Assembly (NCBI GenBank): GCA_965206595.1
Contig: OZ242214.1
Location: 2,240,001 to 2,304,000 of the forward strand
Source of the DNA: Candidatus Latescibacterota bacterium
Lineage (GTDB): Bacteria > Latescibacterota > UBA2968 > UBA8231
DNA: 64,000 nt
Direction of reading: 5' to 3'
The notes beneath the pieces were generated by a model, which saw nothing but the letters and a program-made list of their open reading frames with translations, had not been told where the DNA came from and searched no databases. Below, in pieces: positions 40,539 through 51,203 of this stretch. A program made the translations under genes and the position numbers. Positions within the stretch are counted from its first letter, which is position 1. Each line of letters opens with the position of its first letter.

Positions 40539-42845
40539 ATGAATTCCCTTTTGTGGAGATACACCCCAGCGACGATACGGGCCGCGGCGCTGCGGCCCCT
40601 GGTCCTCGCCGCCCTGGTTCTTCCGGCCGCGGCAGAAGCCCAGCACTCCGTCGCCCGCCTGTGGAACGAGGCGGCGCTGCATGCCGTCCGCAACGACTTC
40701 CCCAGGCCGACGGTGCACGCGCGCAACCTGTTTCACCTCGCCGTCGCCATGTACGACGCCTGGGCGGCGTACGACAACGACGCCCCGGCCTGGCTGCTGG
40801 GAAAGGAGGTCGGCGGTTTCCGCTGCGGGTTCGACGGGCTGGAGCCCCCGGCCGCCCTGCTGGCGGCGCGCCAGGAGGCGATCAGCTTCGCCGCCTACCG
40901 CCTGCTCATGCACCGCTACAAGGACTCCCCGCGCGCCGAAGAGACCCTGCCGCGGTTCGACACCATCTTCGCCAGCTACGGGTACGATCCGGGAATCACC
41001 TCGACCGACTACGCCGGCGGTTCCGCGGCCGCCCTGGGGAACTACATCGCCCGCTGCGTCATCGACTTCGGCCTGCAGGACGGGGCCAACGAGGAGAACG
41101 GGTACGCCAACCGCTACTACGAACCGGTCAATCCTCCCCTGTACGCCGCCCTGCGCGGCAACCGCGAAATACTCGATCCGAACCGCTGGCAGCCGCTCGT
41201 GGTCAAGGAGTTCATCGACCAGACCAACGTGGTGTACAACGGGGAACAGCCGGATTTCGACAGCCCGGAGTGGGGCCGGGTGACCCCCTTCGCCCTCGGC
41301 GCCGGGGAGTTGAACTTCAATGAGCGGGACGGAAACCAGTACTGGATCTACCACGATCCCGGTCCGCCCGTTCACGCCGATGCCGAGGGGGAAGCCCCCC
41401 TCGAAGAGGTGTACAAATGGTCGCATACCCTGCCGTTGCTCTGGTCGTCCCACCTCGATCCCGCCGATGGCGTCGAGATCGACATCTCTCCGGCCAGCCT
41501 CGGCAACTTCGATCTCGACGACTTCGGGACCATCGAGAACTTCCCGCGCACCATCGAAGGCCTGGGCGCCTTCTACAACCGCTTCGACGGCCGCGGGCCG
41601 GGCCGGGGGCGCGGCCTCAATCCGCATACCGGGGAGCCGTATCGACCGGTAATGGTCCCGAGGGGGGATTTCGCGCGCGTCGTCGCCGAGTTCTGGCCGG
41701 ACGGCCCCGGGGACGAAAGCGTTCCCGGGTACTGGTTCGTCCTCCTCAACAGCGTCGGCGACCACCCACTGTTCGAGAAGCGGTTCGCCGGCCGGGGACC
41801 GGTCCTCGACGGCCTCGAATGGGACGTGAGGGCCTACCTCACCCTTGGCGGAGCCCTGCACGACGCCGCCGTCGCCGCCTGGTCGATCAAGGGGTGGTAC
41901 GACTACATCCGGCCGATCGGGGCGATCCGCTGGATGGCGGAGAAGGGACAGAGCAGCGACCCCGGGCTGCCGAGGTACTCCCCCGACGGCCTGCCGCTCG
42001 TCGACGGTTTCATCGAGACCATCAGGGAGGGAGACCCGGTAGCCGAGGTCGCCGGGGACCCGAACTTCCACGTCGGCCGGGTCAAGGCGTACACCTGGAA
42101 GGGACCGGACTTCATAGACGACCCTGAAACCGATGCCGCGGGGGTGACCTGGATTCTGGCGGTCGCGTGGTGGACCTACCAGGCGGCCAACTACGTCACC
42201 CCGCCCAACGCCGGGTACGTGTCGGCGCCCGCGGCCTTCTCGCGCGCCGCCGCCGAGGTCATGACCCTGCTGACCGGGGACGAGTTCTTCCCCGGCGGCC
42301 TGGGGGAGTTCCGCGCCGAGAAGGACGAGTTCCTGCAGCTCGAGAACGGCCCGAGCGTCGACGTCACCCTGCAGTGGGCGACCTACCGGGACGCCGCGGA
42401 CCAGGCGAGCCTGGCGACCTTCTGGGCCGGCATCCAGTCGCCGATCGACGACATTCCCGGCCGGCTGATCGGCCGCCGGGTCGGCATCGACGCCTTCCAC
42501 CGCGCCGGGGAACTGTTCTCCAGACCGGGGACCGCGGTCGAAGAAACCGCGGCAGCGGCTCTGCCCGGCGTCTTGGCGCTGGCGCAGAACTTCCCCAACC
42601 CCTTCAACGCCGGCACGACGATCCGCTTCGACCTAGACCGGCCCGGGGAGATCGAGCTGTCGTTGTACGATCTGAACGGGCAACGGGTGGCCGCCCTGGC
42701 CCGCGGGTGGCGCCCTGCGGGCGGTTACGAGATCCGCTGGGACGCCCGCGACGAGCAGGGGTTCGGATTGGCGAGCGGGGTGTACGTGTACCGGCTGCGG
42801 GCAGGCGCGCGCTCCCACAGCCGCAAGCTGCTGCTGCTGCGGTAG
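40539..42845 (+). CDS. Vanadium haloperoxidase-like (PAP2) protein with FlgD/T9SS-like C-terminal domain, catalytic residues substituted
   Basis: SVARLWNE..RPTVHARNLFH, WSIKGWYDYIRP, QNFPNPFN...ASGVYVYRL. Confidence 0.8.
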   Translation: MNSLLWRYTPATIRAAALRPLVLAALVLPAAAEAQHSVARLWNEAALHAVRNDFPRPTVHARNLFHLAVAMYDAWAAYDNDAPAWLLGKEVGGFRCGFDGLEPPAALLAARQEAISFAAYRLLMHRYKDSPRAEETLPRFDTIFASYGYDPGITSTDYAGGSAAALGNYIARCVIDFGLQDGANEENGYANRYYEPVNPPLYAALRGNREILDPNRWQPLVVKEFIDQTNVVYNGEQPDFDSPEWGRVTPFALGAGELNFNERDGNQYWIYHDPGPPVHADAEGEAPLEEVYKWSHTLPLLWSSHLDPADGVEIDISPASLGNFDLDDFGTIENFPRTIEGLGAFYNRFDGRGPGRGRGLNPHTGEPYRPVMVPRGDFARVVAEFWPDGPGDESVPGYWFVLLNSVGDHPLFEKRFAGRGPVLDGLEWDVRAYLTLGGALHDAAVAAWSIKGWYDYIRPIGAIRWMAEKGQSSDPGLPRYSPDGLPLVDGFIETIREGDPVAEVAGDPNFHVGRVKAYTWKGPDFIDDPETDAAGVTWILAVAWWTYQAANYVTPPNAGYVSAPAAFSRAAAEVMTLLTGDEFFPGGLGEFRAEKDEFLQLENGPSVDVTLQWATYRDAADQASLATFWAGIQSPIDDIPGRLIGRRVGIDAFHRAGELFSRPGTAVEETAAAALPGVLALAQNFPNPFNAGTTIRFDLDRPGEIELSLYDLNGQRVAALARGWRPAGGYEIRWDARDEQGFGLASGVYVYRLRAGARSHSRKLLLLR

Positions 42846-42945
42846 CTGCCGGCGCTGGACCCGCGGCACCCCAGGTCCTGGCCGGCTACTTCCCTGGTTC
42901 CCTCGTGCGGGAACCCATCCTGCTGGCTGGTGAAAGGGCAGGTAT

Positions 42946-44295
42946 TCAATAGGCGACAGAAACAATGCCTCCGTGGGTCTCTCGTTCTGACTGCATGTCC
43001 GCCTCGATCCGGTACATATACAGTCCTGGCGGTACGAGAGCGTTCGAGTTGTCCCTCCCATCCCATTTGTGGGAATACTCCCCGAGCGGATTGCGACCGT
43101 CATAGACCCGCCTGATCAGGCGGCCGGAGAGATCGAATATTTCGACCGACACCGGCACCCCGGAAGTCACCCTGAGCAACTTGTAGGTAATGTTCACCAC
43201 ATCGTTGATCCCATCGCCGTTCGGGGTAAACTGATTCGACGAGGAACGCGGTGAAAACACCAGCGAGCTGCCAATGGACGTCCTCACGGACAAGCGCTCG
43301 CTTTCGACCTCATTGGTGGCATCGCCCGGCACGACTCGCTGGCGCACCTCGAACGGCCTGGACGTGTCGAACACCCTGCCGTCGAAGACGGTGCCCACCT
43401 CCCTGAGCACCGGCGCATGGAACACCACCTCCACCAGCGCGCCGCTGTCGACCGGTTCCAATCTGCGCGGGAAAAGGACCTCGAACCCCAGGCCGTCGTC
43501 GTTGATCGTCCAGGTGAAATCGCGGTGATCGACCGCGTCGATGCGCAGCGAATCGACGGACACCACTCCCGAGGGCGTCGAGATCTCTATCCCGTCGAAA
43601 CTCAGGTCGTCCGGCAGGATCCTCGGGTTGATGTAGTAGGTGAATTGCGTGGCTTGGCCGACCTCGGTCTCAATCGGGTAGATTTCCCCCAGCAGTTCGC
43701 GAACCAGGGGGGGTGAAGAGGCGCGGACTTCGATGTAGTCGATCTTTCCTCCGTCCTCGACCGTCGAGGTGAAATCGGCACTGATCTGGAAGTACTGTCG
43801 CGGGCCCGGGGAAACGATAGGGACACCGGGGTTCTCGAACGCGTACGGACTGGACCAGAAGCTCCAGTTCTCCGTGTCGGGACTCTCCCGGTTCACTTCC
43901 TGATTCGGCTTGAGAAGGTCGGAGAGCTTTGTGTACTAGTCGGCGATACCAATTACAAAATGCTCCAGAAAGTGGTCCGGCCTATCCGCCAAAGGGCGGA
44001 GTCTCACCTCCCTGATGAGAAATCGCCCGCCCAGATCGAAGGTTACTTTTTGTATCCAGGTTCTCCCCGTAAAACTCTCCGGTGCGATCGCCGGCCATGT
44101 ATGCGACGTGATCGGATCCTGATCGAGCAGCGCCAGTCCGACCAGCGTGTTCTCACCCGATGCGAATTCCTTTATCCATACTTTCCCGCCGCGCTTCACC
44201 AACGTTGCCGCAATATCCTCGTCCTCGTCGAAAAAATCCGGTTGCAGTGTTCCCGCCTGCAGGTTGTCGACCTCCACCTGATCCTCGAGCTGCAT
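42946..44295 (-). pseudogene. Deleted paralog of the FlgD-tail secreted family; two in-frame fragments joined at a TAG
   Basis: 43936-44295 and 42946-43896 share a frame separated by one TAG; C-terminal part resembles 12158-14779 (WSFWSSPY, SPGPRQY, TPNGDGIND). Confidence 0.7.
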
Positions 44296-44481
44296 GCCCA
44301 GGGGCCCCGGGGCGCACTGCCGTTACCCTCGCGAGGCAGGCGGGGGTTCCCCGCACCGGATTCACCCGGAAGCGCTGGATTTCACTTCCCCGCGTGGCTT
44401 CATTGGTTTTCGCGAACGGGCTGGCCACGGCCCGGGTTGTACTGAAACACCACATCCAAAACCCTCGGAAAGGAAGAGCCG

Positions 44482-44916
44482 ATGAATTTCTTGAGATCGC
44501 TCACCGTCCCTGAACACTCCCCATTCGCCGATTTCGCTCTCCTGCTGCTGAGGCTGGTCGCCGGCCTCGCCTTCGTCATTCACGGCTGGCCGAAGATCCA
44601 GAGCCCGTTCGGCTGGATGGGTCCCGACGCCTTCGCCCCCGGCCTGCTTCAGGCCCTGGCCGCCCTCTCCGAGTTCGGCGGCGGCATCGCCTGGATACTC
44701 GGCATGCTCATGCCCCTCGCCTCGCTTGGGATCGCCTGCACCATGGGGGTCGCCGTCTGCATGCACGTCTTCATGCGCGGGGACCCCTTCGTCTCCGCAG
44801 ACGGCTCCTCCTACGAGCTGGCCGCGGTCTACTTCTGCGTCTCCATCCTGCTGCTCGCGGCCGGACCGGGGCGGTTCTCCGCGGACGGTAAGATCTTCGG
44901 TCCGCGCCTGCCGTGA
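44482..44916 (+). CDS. DoxX family membrane protein
   Basis: LLLRLVAGLAFVIHGWPKI, SEFGGG, GPGRFSAD. Confidence 0.9.
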   Translation: MNFLRSLTVPEHSPFADFALLLLRLVAGLAFVIHGWPKIQSPFGWMGPDAFAPGLLQALAALSEFGGGIAWILGMLMPLASLGIACTMGVAVCMHVFMRGDPFVSADGSSYELAAVYFCVSILLLAAGPGRFSADGKIFGPRLP

Positions 44917-47084
44917 TTCGAGCGGGGGACTCCGCCCGGCAAAGGCCCGGGGTTCCAGGAACGGAAATGTGCGACTGCAAGGGGTATGGGCAGGATGCGG
45001 TTGAATCCGTGACACCGGAAGGAGACCGGACCCTCTTCCTCGAAGGGCCTGCCGGCGCCGGCAAGACGACGCTGGCCATTGAGCGCATTCAATCACTCAT
45101 CTCGAACGGTGTTTCCCCAGCCAGCATCCTGCTGCTGACCCCCCACCGCAGTTACACCCTCGCGTACGAAAAAGCCTTCGACCGGCCTTCGTGGTACGAG
45201 TTGGGCAAGGCGACGATGGGCGGCTTGGCGCGGCGCTACGTCTCGCTGTTCTGGCCGGAGGTCCTGGAGCATTCGAAGCATCCGTTCGCCCGGGGGCAGG
45301 AGCCGTCGTTTCTGACTTACGAGGTGGCGCAGTATTACATGGCGCGGCTGGTGTCGCCGCTGATCGAGCAGGGGTATTTCGCCGACCTGAAGTTGACGCG
45401 GAACCGGCTCTACAGTCAGCTCCTCGACAATCTCAACAAGGCGGCGGCCAACGACATCCCGATGAAATCGCTGACCGACTATCTGCGCGCCGCCCGGATC
45501 GGCGGGGAGCTCTCCGCGGGCAACGTCGAGGAGATCTCCAACACGGTCCTGGCCTACCGCGAGTTCTGCGCGCAGGGCAACCTGCTCGACTTCTCGCTCT
45601 GCCTGGAGCTGTTCCGGGACCTGATCCTGCAATCGCAACCGGCGCGGGACTATCTGTTTGTGCAGCACCTTCACCTGGTCTACGACAACTGCGAGGAGGA
45701 CATCCCCCTGGCGCACGATCTCGTGGCCTTCTGGCTCGGCCATGCGGACTCGCGCCTGGAGTCGGCGCTGATCGTCTACGACTCGGACGCCGGCTTCCGC
45801 AAGTTCCTGGCGGCCGACCCGAAGAGTGCCCACGCACTCAAACAGGTTTGCGAGGGGAGTCGTCTGATTGAAGAGAGTCCCCGGGTGCCGGCGCCGGTGC
45901 AGGCATTCGGGAGCAGACTCCGGGCGGCGATCGCCAACCGACCGGTAGAAGATGAGCCAGTTGGCGCCGATGGCCGCCGGCGCCTGCACATCTTCTCCGA
46001 TCGCCTGCATCACCAGATGGTGCAACGAGTCGCCGGCCAGGTCGGATCCCTTATCGAGAACGGCGCCGCCCCGGAGGAGATCGCCGTCATCAGTCCATTC
46101 CTGAGCGACAGCCTGTTCCACGCGCTGTCGACGCGGCTCGAAGCGGCGCAGATCGGCTACTACATGCACCGTCCATCGCGGACCTTGCGTGACGAGCCGG
46201 TCACCAAAGTGCTGCTGACGCTGGCCGCCCTCGCCCACCCGTCCTGGCGGCTGGAGCGGCCGTCGCGGGAGGCGGTGACGCACATGTTCGGCCGGCTGCT
46301 GGATGGGGCGGACCTGGTGCGGGCGGCGCTGCTGGCATCCGTCGTCTATGTGGCGGTGCACGAGGGGGTCGGGCTCAAACCGTTCGAGAGCGTCGCCTCC
46401 GGGGTGCGGGATCGGATCACCTACCGCGTGGGCGAAGGGTACGAAAGGCTGCGGGGCTGGCTGCTGGCCTACCAGGACGAGGATGGCCTGCCGGTCGACC
46501 TGTTCTTCAGCCGCCTGTTCGGCGAGCTGCTGAGCCAACCGGGTTTCGGATTCCACAGGGACGTGTCTGCGGGGATGAACGTGGCCAGCCTGGTCGAATC
46601 GGCGCAGAAGTTCCGGCGCGCTGTCGGTGAGGTGGTCGAGGAAGAGGGCGATGCGCTCGGCAAAGCCTACGTGGAGATGGTGGAGGAAGGCGTCGTATCC
46701 GCCTTCTACGAAATGGAGTGGTCCGATCCGTCGGCGTCGGTCCTGATCGCGCCGGCGCACACCTTCCTGCTGCGCAATCAGACCTGCGCGCATCAGCTGT
46801 GGCTCGACGTCGGCAGCCCGTCATGGCACAGGCGCATCCATCAGCCGCTGACGAATCCCTACGTGCTGAGCCGGGACTGGGATCCCCGGGAGGAATGGTC
46901 ATCGGCCTGGGAGACGAAGTTCGAGACGGAGCGGCTGACCTGCATCGTCGCCGGGTTGACCCGGCGTTGCACGGATTCGCTGTACCTGTTCGCCAGTGAG
47001 CTCAGCGCCCATGGACAGGAACAGGCGGGGGATCTGCTGGTGGCCCTGGGGCATGCGATGCGGGGGTTGGCGCTCGAGCCATGA
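44913..47084 (+). CDS. Degenerate SF1/UvrD-like helicase subunit (AddB/AdnA-like, no nuclease domain)
   Basis: Walker A GPAGAGKTT; Walker B altered to YDNCEED; motif VI remnant GLTRRC; start uncertain. Confidence 0.75.
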   Translation: MIRAGDSARQRPGVPGTEMCDCKGYGQDAVESVTPEGDRTLFLEGPAGAGKTTLAIERIQSLISNGVSPASILLLTPHRSYTLAYEKAFDRPSWYELGKATMGGLARRYVSLFWPEVLEHSKHPFARGQEPSFLTYEVAQYYMARLVSPLIEQGYFADLKLTRNRLYSQLLDNLNKAAANDIPMKSLTDYLRAARIGGELSAGNVEEISNTVLAYREFCAQGNLLDFSLCLELFRDLILQSQPARDYLFVQHLHLVYDNCEEDIPLAHDLVAFWLGHADSRLESALIVYDSDAGFRKFLAADPKSAHALKQVCEGSRLIEESPRVPAPVQAFGSRLRAAIANRPVEDEPVGADGRRRLHIFSDRLHHQMVQRVAGQVGSLIENGAAPEEIAVISPFLSDSLFHALSTRLEAAQIGYYMHRPSRTLRDEPVTKVLLTLAALAHPSWRLERPSREAVTHMFGRLLDGADLVRAALLASVVYVAVHEGVGLKPFESVASGVRDRITYRVGEGYERLRGWLLAYQDEDGLPVDLFFSRLFGELLSQPGFGFHRDVSAGMNVASLVESAQKFRRAVGEVVEEEGDALGKAYVEMVEEGVVSAFYEMEWSDPSASVLIAPAHTFLLRNQTCAHQLWLDVGSPSWHRRIHQPLTNPYVLSRDWDPREEWSSAWETKFETERLTCIVAGLTRRCTDSLYLFASELSAHGQEQAGDLLVALGHAMRGLALEP

Positions 47085-49330
47085 GCACGCGCCTTCGTCC
47101 CGCCCAAAAGGCCATTCTCGACTATGCCGGCGGCACCATGGGGGTCGCCGCGGTGCCGGGCAGCGGCAAAACCTGGACGCTGTCGCAGGTGGCAGTGTCC
47201 CTGATCGCCGGCGGGGCGCTGCAGGGCAAGCAGGAAGTCCTGATCGTGACGCTGGTGAATTCGGCCGTCGACAACTTCCGTCAGCGCATCGCCGGGTTTC
47301 TTACGGAGCGGGGGCTACTGCCGGGTCTGGGCTACCGGGTGCGCACCCTGCACAGTCTGGCGCACGAGATCGTTTCGCAGTCGCCGTCGCTCGTCGGATT
47401 GGATAGCGGTTTCTCCGTCGTCGACGAGCGCATCGCCGATTCCATTCTGCGCACGGCGTTCCGGGCTTCGTATCCGCGTTATCGCGAGGGGCTGGGGCGC
47501 TACCTGATCGAAGAGATGAACGACTACCGCCGGCGCAGGATCGTGGCGGATGACCTGCCGGAGCTGCTGCGGCAGGTGACGGACAACGCCATCCGGCATC
47601 TCAAGGGCCGCATGCAGCCGCCGCAGGCGGTACGCGGCCGGCTCACGGAGGAAAGCTCCCTGCTGATCAAGCTGGCGGTCGACGTGTACGAGCGCTACGA
47701 GCGCGGTCTGGCGGTGCGCGGCGCCCTCGACTTCGACGACCTGATTGCGGCGGCGATCCGGGCGCTGGACGCGGACCAGACGCTGGTCGAGGACTTGCGC
47801 CGGCGCTGGCCGTTCATCCTCGAGGACGAAGCCCAGGACAGCAGCACCCTGCAGGAGCAGATCCTGCGCAAGCTGATGGGTGGCAAAGGCAACTGGGTCC
47901 GCGTCGGCGATCCCAACCAGGCGATCTACGAGACCTTCACAACGGCGCATCCGAAGTACCTCCGCGCTTTTCTGGACGAGGCCGATGTCCGGCGCGACCT
48001 GCCGAATTCGGGGCGTTCGGGCCTGCCGGTCATCAGCCTGGCGAACGAGCTGATCCGCTGGGTGCGCGAGGATCATCCCGTCGAGGCGATGCGGGACGCC
48101 CTGGATCCGCCCTTCATCGAACCGGCGCCGCCGGGAGATCCGCAGCCGAATCCGCCGGCGGCGAGGTGCCGGGTGGCCTTCCAGTTCCTCCAAAAGCCGA
48201 ATGCCGAGCTCGATCGCGTGGTGGCCTCGGCCAGGAAATGGCTGCCCCAAAACGGGAATGCGACCGTCGCCCTGCTCGTGCCGACGAACGCGCGCGGGGC
48301 CGAGGCGATCGAGGCGCTGCGGGCGGCGCGGGTGCCGTGCACGGATGCCCTGTTGCGCCTGACGACGACGACGCGGGAGGCGGCCGGCGCCCTCAGTCTG
48401 ATTCTGCGGCATCTGGCGCATCCGGAAGTGCAGGGGACGCTGACCCAGGTCTACAGAGTCTGGTACACGCGCGTCCTGAAGGAGGCCGAAGCGGACGAGG
48501 GGCAGAAGCGGCTGCAGATGCATCTGGAGCTGCTGCGGCGCTGCGTGCTCAGCGAGGAGTTCGTGTGGCCGCTGGCTGGTGGGGAGGAGGCCGGGAACGC
48601 GGGGTTGGGCTCGGGCGAGATTCCGGCAAACGCGATCCCCTACTTCGAGCGCTTTCGCGACCAGCTGCAGCAATGGCAGGCGCTTGTGCTGCTGCCGATC
48701 GGCGAGCTGCTGACGGCGATCGCGCAGGATCTTTTCGAAGAGCCGGAGAAGCTGGCGATGACGCAGCTGTTCGCCGAGGCCCTGCAGGCGCGCTCGCAGT
48801 ACAACCTCGGCACCGAGAGCCGCTCGACTACCCTGGAGGAGATGGAGAACGAACTCGGCGTCATCGCCCGGGATCAGCGCCGCAACCTGCGCTCGATCGA
48901 AATCGACAAGACCGGCTTCGACCCCGAGACGCACAAGGGCGAGGTCGTGGTGGCGACCATGCACGCGGCCAAGGGCCTGGAGTGGGACCGGGTCTACCTG
49001 CTCGGTGTCAACGACTACGAATTCCCTGCCGGCGAGGCGACCGACCGCTTCCGGGCCGAACGCTGGTTCGTGCGCGACAACCTCAGTCTGGAGGCCGAGA
49101 CGCTGGCCCGGCTCGACGCGGCCATCGACGGGACCGACTACGAGGAAGGCGGGGCGACGCTGGCAGCGCGTCACGACTATGCGCGCGAACGCCTGCGACT
49201 GCTGTATGTCGGCATCACGCGTGCCCGGAAAGAACTGCTGGTGACCGGGAACGCCGGTCCGAAGGGAAGCAACAAGCCGGCGCTCGCCTGCCTGGCTTTG
49301 CGGGATTTTCTGGAGCAGGGCAATGGGTGA
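47081..49330 (+). CDS. UvrD/Rep-family ATP-dependent helicase
   Basis: AVPGSGKT, EDEAQD, VGDPNQAIY, TMHAAKGLEW, RLLYVGITRA. Confidence 0.92.
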   Translation: MSTRLRPAQKAILDYAGGTMGVAAVPGSGKTWTLSQVAVSLIAGGALQGKQEVLIVTLVNSAVDNFRQRIAGFLTERGLLPGLGYRVRTLHSLAHEIVSQSPSLVGLDSGFSVVDERIADSILRTAFRASYPRYREGLGRYLIEEMNDYRRRRIVADDLPELLRQVTDNAIRHLKGRMQPPQAVRGRLTEESSLLIKLAVDVYERYERGLAVRGALDFDDLIAAAIRALDADQTLVEDLRRRWPFILEDEAQDSSTLQEQILRKLMGGKGNWVRVGDPNQAIYETFTTAHPKYLRAFLDEADVRRDLPNSGRSGLPVISLANELIRWVREDHPVEAMRDALDPPFIEPAPPGDPQPNPPAARCRVAFQFLQKPNAELDRVVASARKWLPQNGNATVALLVPTNARGAEAIEALRAARVPCTDALLRLTTTTREAAGALSLILRHLAHPEVQGTLTQVYRVWYTRVLKEAEADEGQKRLQMHLELLRRCVLSEEFVWPLAGGEEAGNAGLGSGEIPANAIPYFERFRDQLQQWQALVLLPIGELLTAIAQDLFEEPEKLAMTQLFAEALQARSQYNLGTESRSTTLEEMENELGVIARDQRRNLRSIEIDKTGFDPETHKGEVVVATMHAAKGLEWDRVYLLGVNDYEFPAGEATDRFRAERWFVRDNLSLEAETLARLDAAIDGTDYEEGGATLAARHDYARERLRLLYVGITRARKELLVTGNAGPKGSNKPALACLALRDFLEQGNG

Positions 49331-49346
49331 TGGAGGAACACCCGTG

Positions 49347-49364
49347 ATATCGGATATATCGGAT
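49347..49364 (+). repeat. Tandem ATATCGGAT x2 (target-site duplication, left)
   Basis: ATATCGGAT at 49347-49355 and 49356-49364; a third copy at 57195-57203. Confidence 0.85.
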
Positions 49365-49377
49365 CACTACTGTCCCG

Positions 49378-49797
49378 TTATAAGTCGAATAATTTCAACT
49401 GGTTACAAACCTTCTCCGGTTCGTTTTGGAGATGAGGTTTCGTAAGTACTTGTAAAATATCAACTTTCTCGAAAAGTGAAACGGTGAGAATTTGCAGGAT
49501 TTCGGAGAGACTGCGGTCGACCTGCAGGTGCTTTTTGACGATGGCCACCAGCACGTACATGCTGACGGCGATCCAGATCTGCGTCTGTACCGCATTCTCG
49601 GAGGTTCCGAAAAACGCCTTGATGCGCAGGTGCTGCTTGATCCACTTGAAGAACAGCTCCACCTGCCAGCGACATCGATACAACTGGGCAATGGTTAAAG
49701 AAGGCAGAAGAAATTGGTTGCTCAGGAAGACCAATCGTTTCCTCGTTTCGACGTCGAAGAAACTTATGCGGCGAAGCGCGTCGGGGTATTCTTTTGG
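49378..49797 (-). pseudogene. IS4 family transposase, 3' fragment
   Basis: KEYPDALRRI...LYRCRWQVELFFKWIKQHLRIK (YREK-type motif). Confidence 0.9.
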
Positions 49798-50171
49798 AAC
49801 TTATACAGGATGGTAGCCAACGGCCGGTTCTGAGGCTCCGGAGCCCCTCAGGGGCGCCGCCCGGGGGTTCCTGAGAGAAGGCACTGATGGACACCGCAAA
49901 AGAGGATCGGGAGGATTTAGAGGCTGACCTGCGAGAGTGGCAGATAATGCAGGAGTTTTCGCTGACCGAGAAAGATTTATTCCCCCCCTACAAGTCCATC
50001 GACCTTCTCCCGCAGATCGATGAGATTCTTCTTATTAGACTCCGCAAGAGCATAAACAAACTCAAACGACTTAACGACTTCATGCCGAAATTTATCAAGG
50101 AATAGTATGCGCTGTTCCAGTTCATTGATCCTGTCCTCCAAAATTTGGAACTTATACGGGATGGTAACCAA
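49793..50171. repeat. 28-bp imperfect direct repeat pair
   Basis: TTTGGAACTTATACAGGATGGTAGCCAA (49793-49820) vs TTTGGAACTTATACGGGATGGTAACCAA (50144-50171), 26/28 identical. Confidence 0.8.
49887..50105 (+). CDS. Small hypothetical protein
   Basis: 72-aa low-GC ORF with GAAGG RBS; overlaps an alternative 64-aa minus-strand ORF. Confidence 0.4.
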   Translation: MDTAKEDREDLEADLREWQIMQEFSLTEKDLFPPYKSIDLLPQIDEILLIRLRKSINKLKRLNDFMPKFIKE

Positions 50172-50589
50172 GGGATGAAAATTAGCCTTGGGCTGCGGTT
50201 TTGAGAGGTGGGGGGGCCGGAAGGCCCACCCGGGTTCGTCCCGAATGGGCCTTCGCTACATAAGAGCCAGTGACTCTTCATATCGACGGGCTCTGCATGC
50301 GCATCACCCCCCTTCGAGTGTCGGCTACCTGCCTGTAGCCGACACTCAACATACGGAACCAGAGAAGGGGGCGCCGTTCTCGACTCCAGCCGGCCATGAG
50401 AACGGCAACCCCTCCCGGATTGATTGTCACACCTGGGTGCATGCGGGTCACCCGCGAGAGACTCCAAGCTCAAGGGGTCGCCCTCCAGGCTGGCCAAGAC
50501 AGTCAACCCTAACTCTATATGAGTTCCTGAAAAAAGGTCCGCCGTGAACCACGGGCCCCCCTCATGACCTTCCATGAAGGAGAAGCAAT

Positions 50590-50781
50590 ATGGCTGACGA
50601 GAGCGTTACTACCGAAGATCACTCTGTCAAGGAAATCGTCAAGGCTATCAACAGTCTTGAAGCGACCATCAAATTACAGCACCTACAGAGCCTCAAGCTA
50701 ATGAGACAAATAGACAGGGCGTTAAGGAGACAAAGGAATCAGCGAGGAATAGTTAATGATCTACGCATCGGGATCGATTAG
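50590..50781 (+). CDS. Small hypothetical protein
   Basis: AAGGAG RBS, 63 aa, helical composition. Confidence 0.5.
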   Translation: MADESVTTEDHSVKEIVKAINSLEATIKLQHLQSLKLMRQIDRALRRQRNQRGIVNDLRIGID

Positions 50782-50786
50782 CTCTT

Positions 50787-51203
50787 TCATTCTTCCTGTT
50801 CGGGTATGTCATTTATGAATAGGGCTATATCATTTGCCATTTGTATCATATCATTTCTCAGCCACGGGGCATGTTTCAGTAATTCCAATCGGCCGTCGGC
50901 GGTTTTGATCGGGCCCCCTCCCCTGTCATCTGGAAATCTGGCAGCTTCCCCACGACAATCTAAAAAGATCGTCTCGGCGATGAGCTGCAAAGTCAGTTCC
51001 TTTTCCAATTCCCTTTTTCTCTGTTGATATTTTTTCGAAAACACCGAAGCTACCTTTACGCCGAAGCCATCCTCGATTTCTTGCCATACTCCCTCCTCGC
51101 AGAAACTTTCGAAGATGGAACGAGGCAATTGTGGTGAATTGGCGCTCATCATGATTCTCCTTGAGTTGGACATTTGTGGAACGCGCCCTCCTGCGGTGGA
51201 CAC
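50787..51203 (-). CDS. Hypothetical protein
   Basis: Low-GC ORF; likely start near 51152 after an AAGGAG RBS. Confidence 0.5.
   Translation of the reverse strand: MSTAGGRVPQMSNSRRIMMSANSPQLPRSIFESFCEEGVWQEIEDGFGVKVASVFSKKYQQRKRELEKELTLQLIAETIFLDCRGEAARFPDDRGGGPIKTADGRLELLKHAPWLRNDMIQMANDIALFINDIPEQEE

Noticed and set aside
9946-42500. Many long antisense or alternate-frame ORFs (e.g. 11462-15004, 14880-16775, 20136-22145, 40374-42500)
   Set aside because: Arg/Gly/Pro-rich shadows of real high-GC genes with no family motifs
43936-43938. Pyrrolysine/amber recoding
   Set aside because: TAG is used as a normal stop elsewhere in the window and the site coincides with a deletion
49793-50171. 28-bp repeats as CRISPR repeats or canonical dif sites
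   Set aside because: Only two copies 351 bp apart; poor match to the XerD arm TTATGTTAAAT
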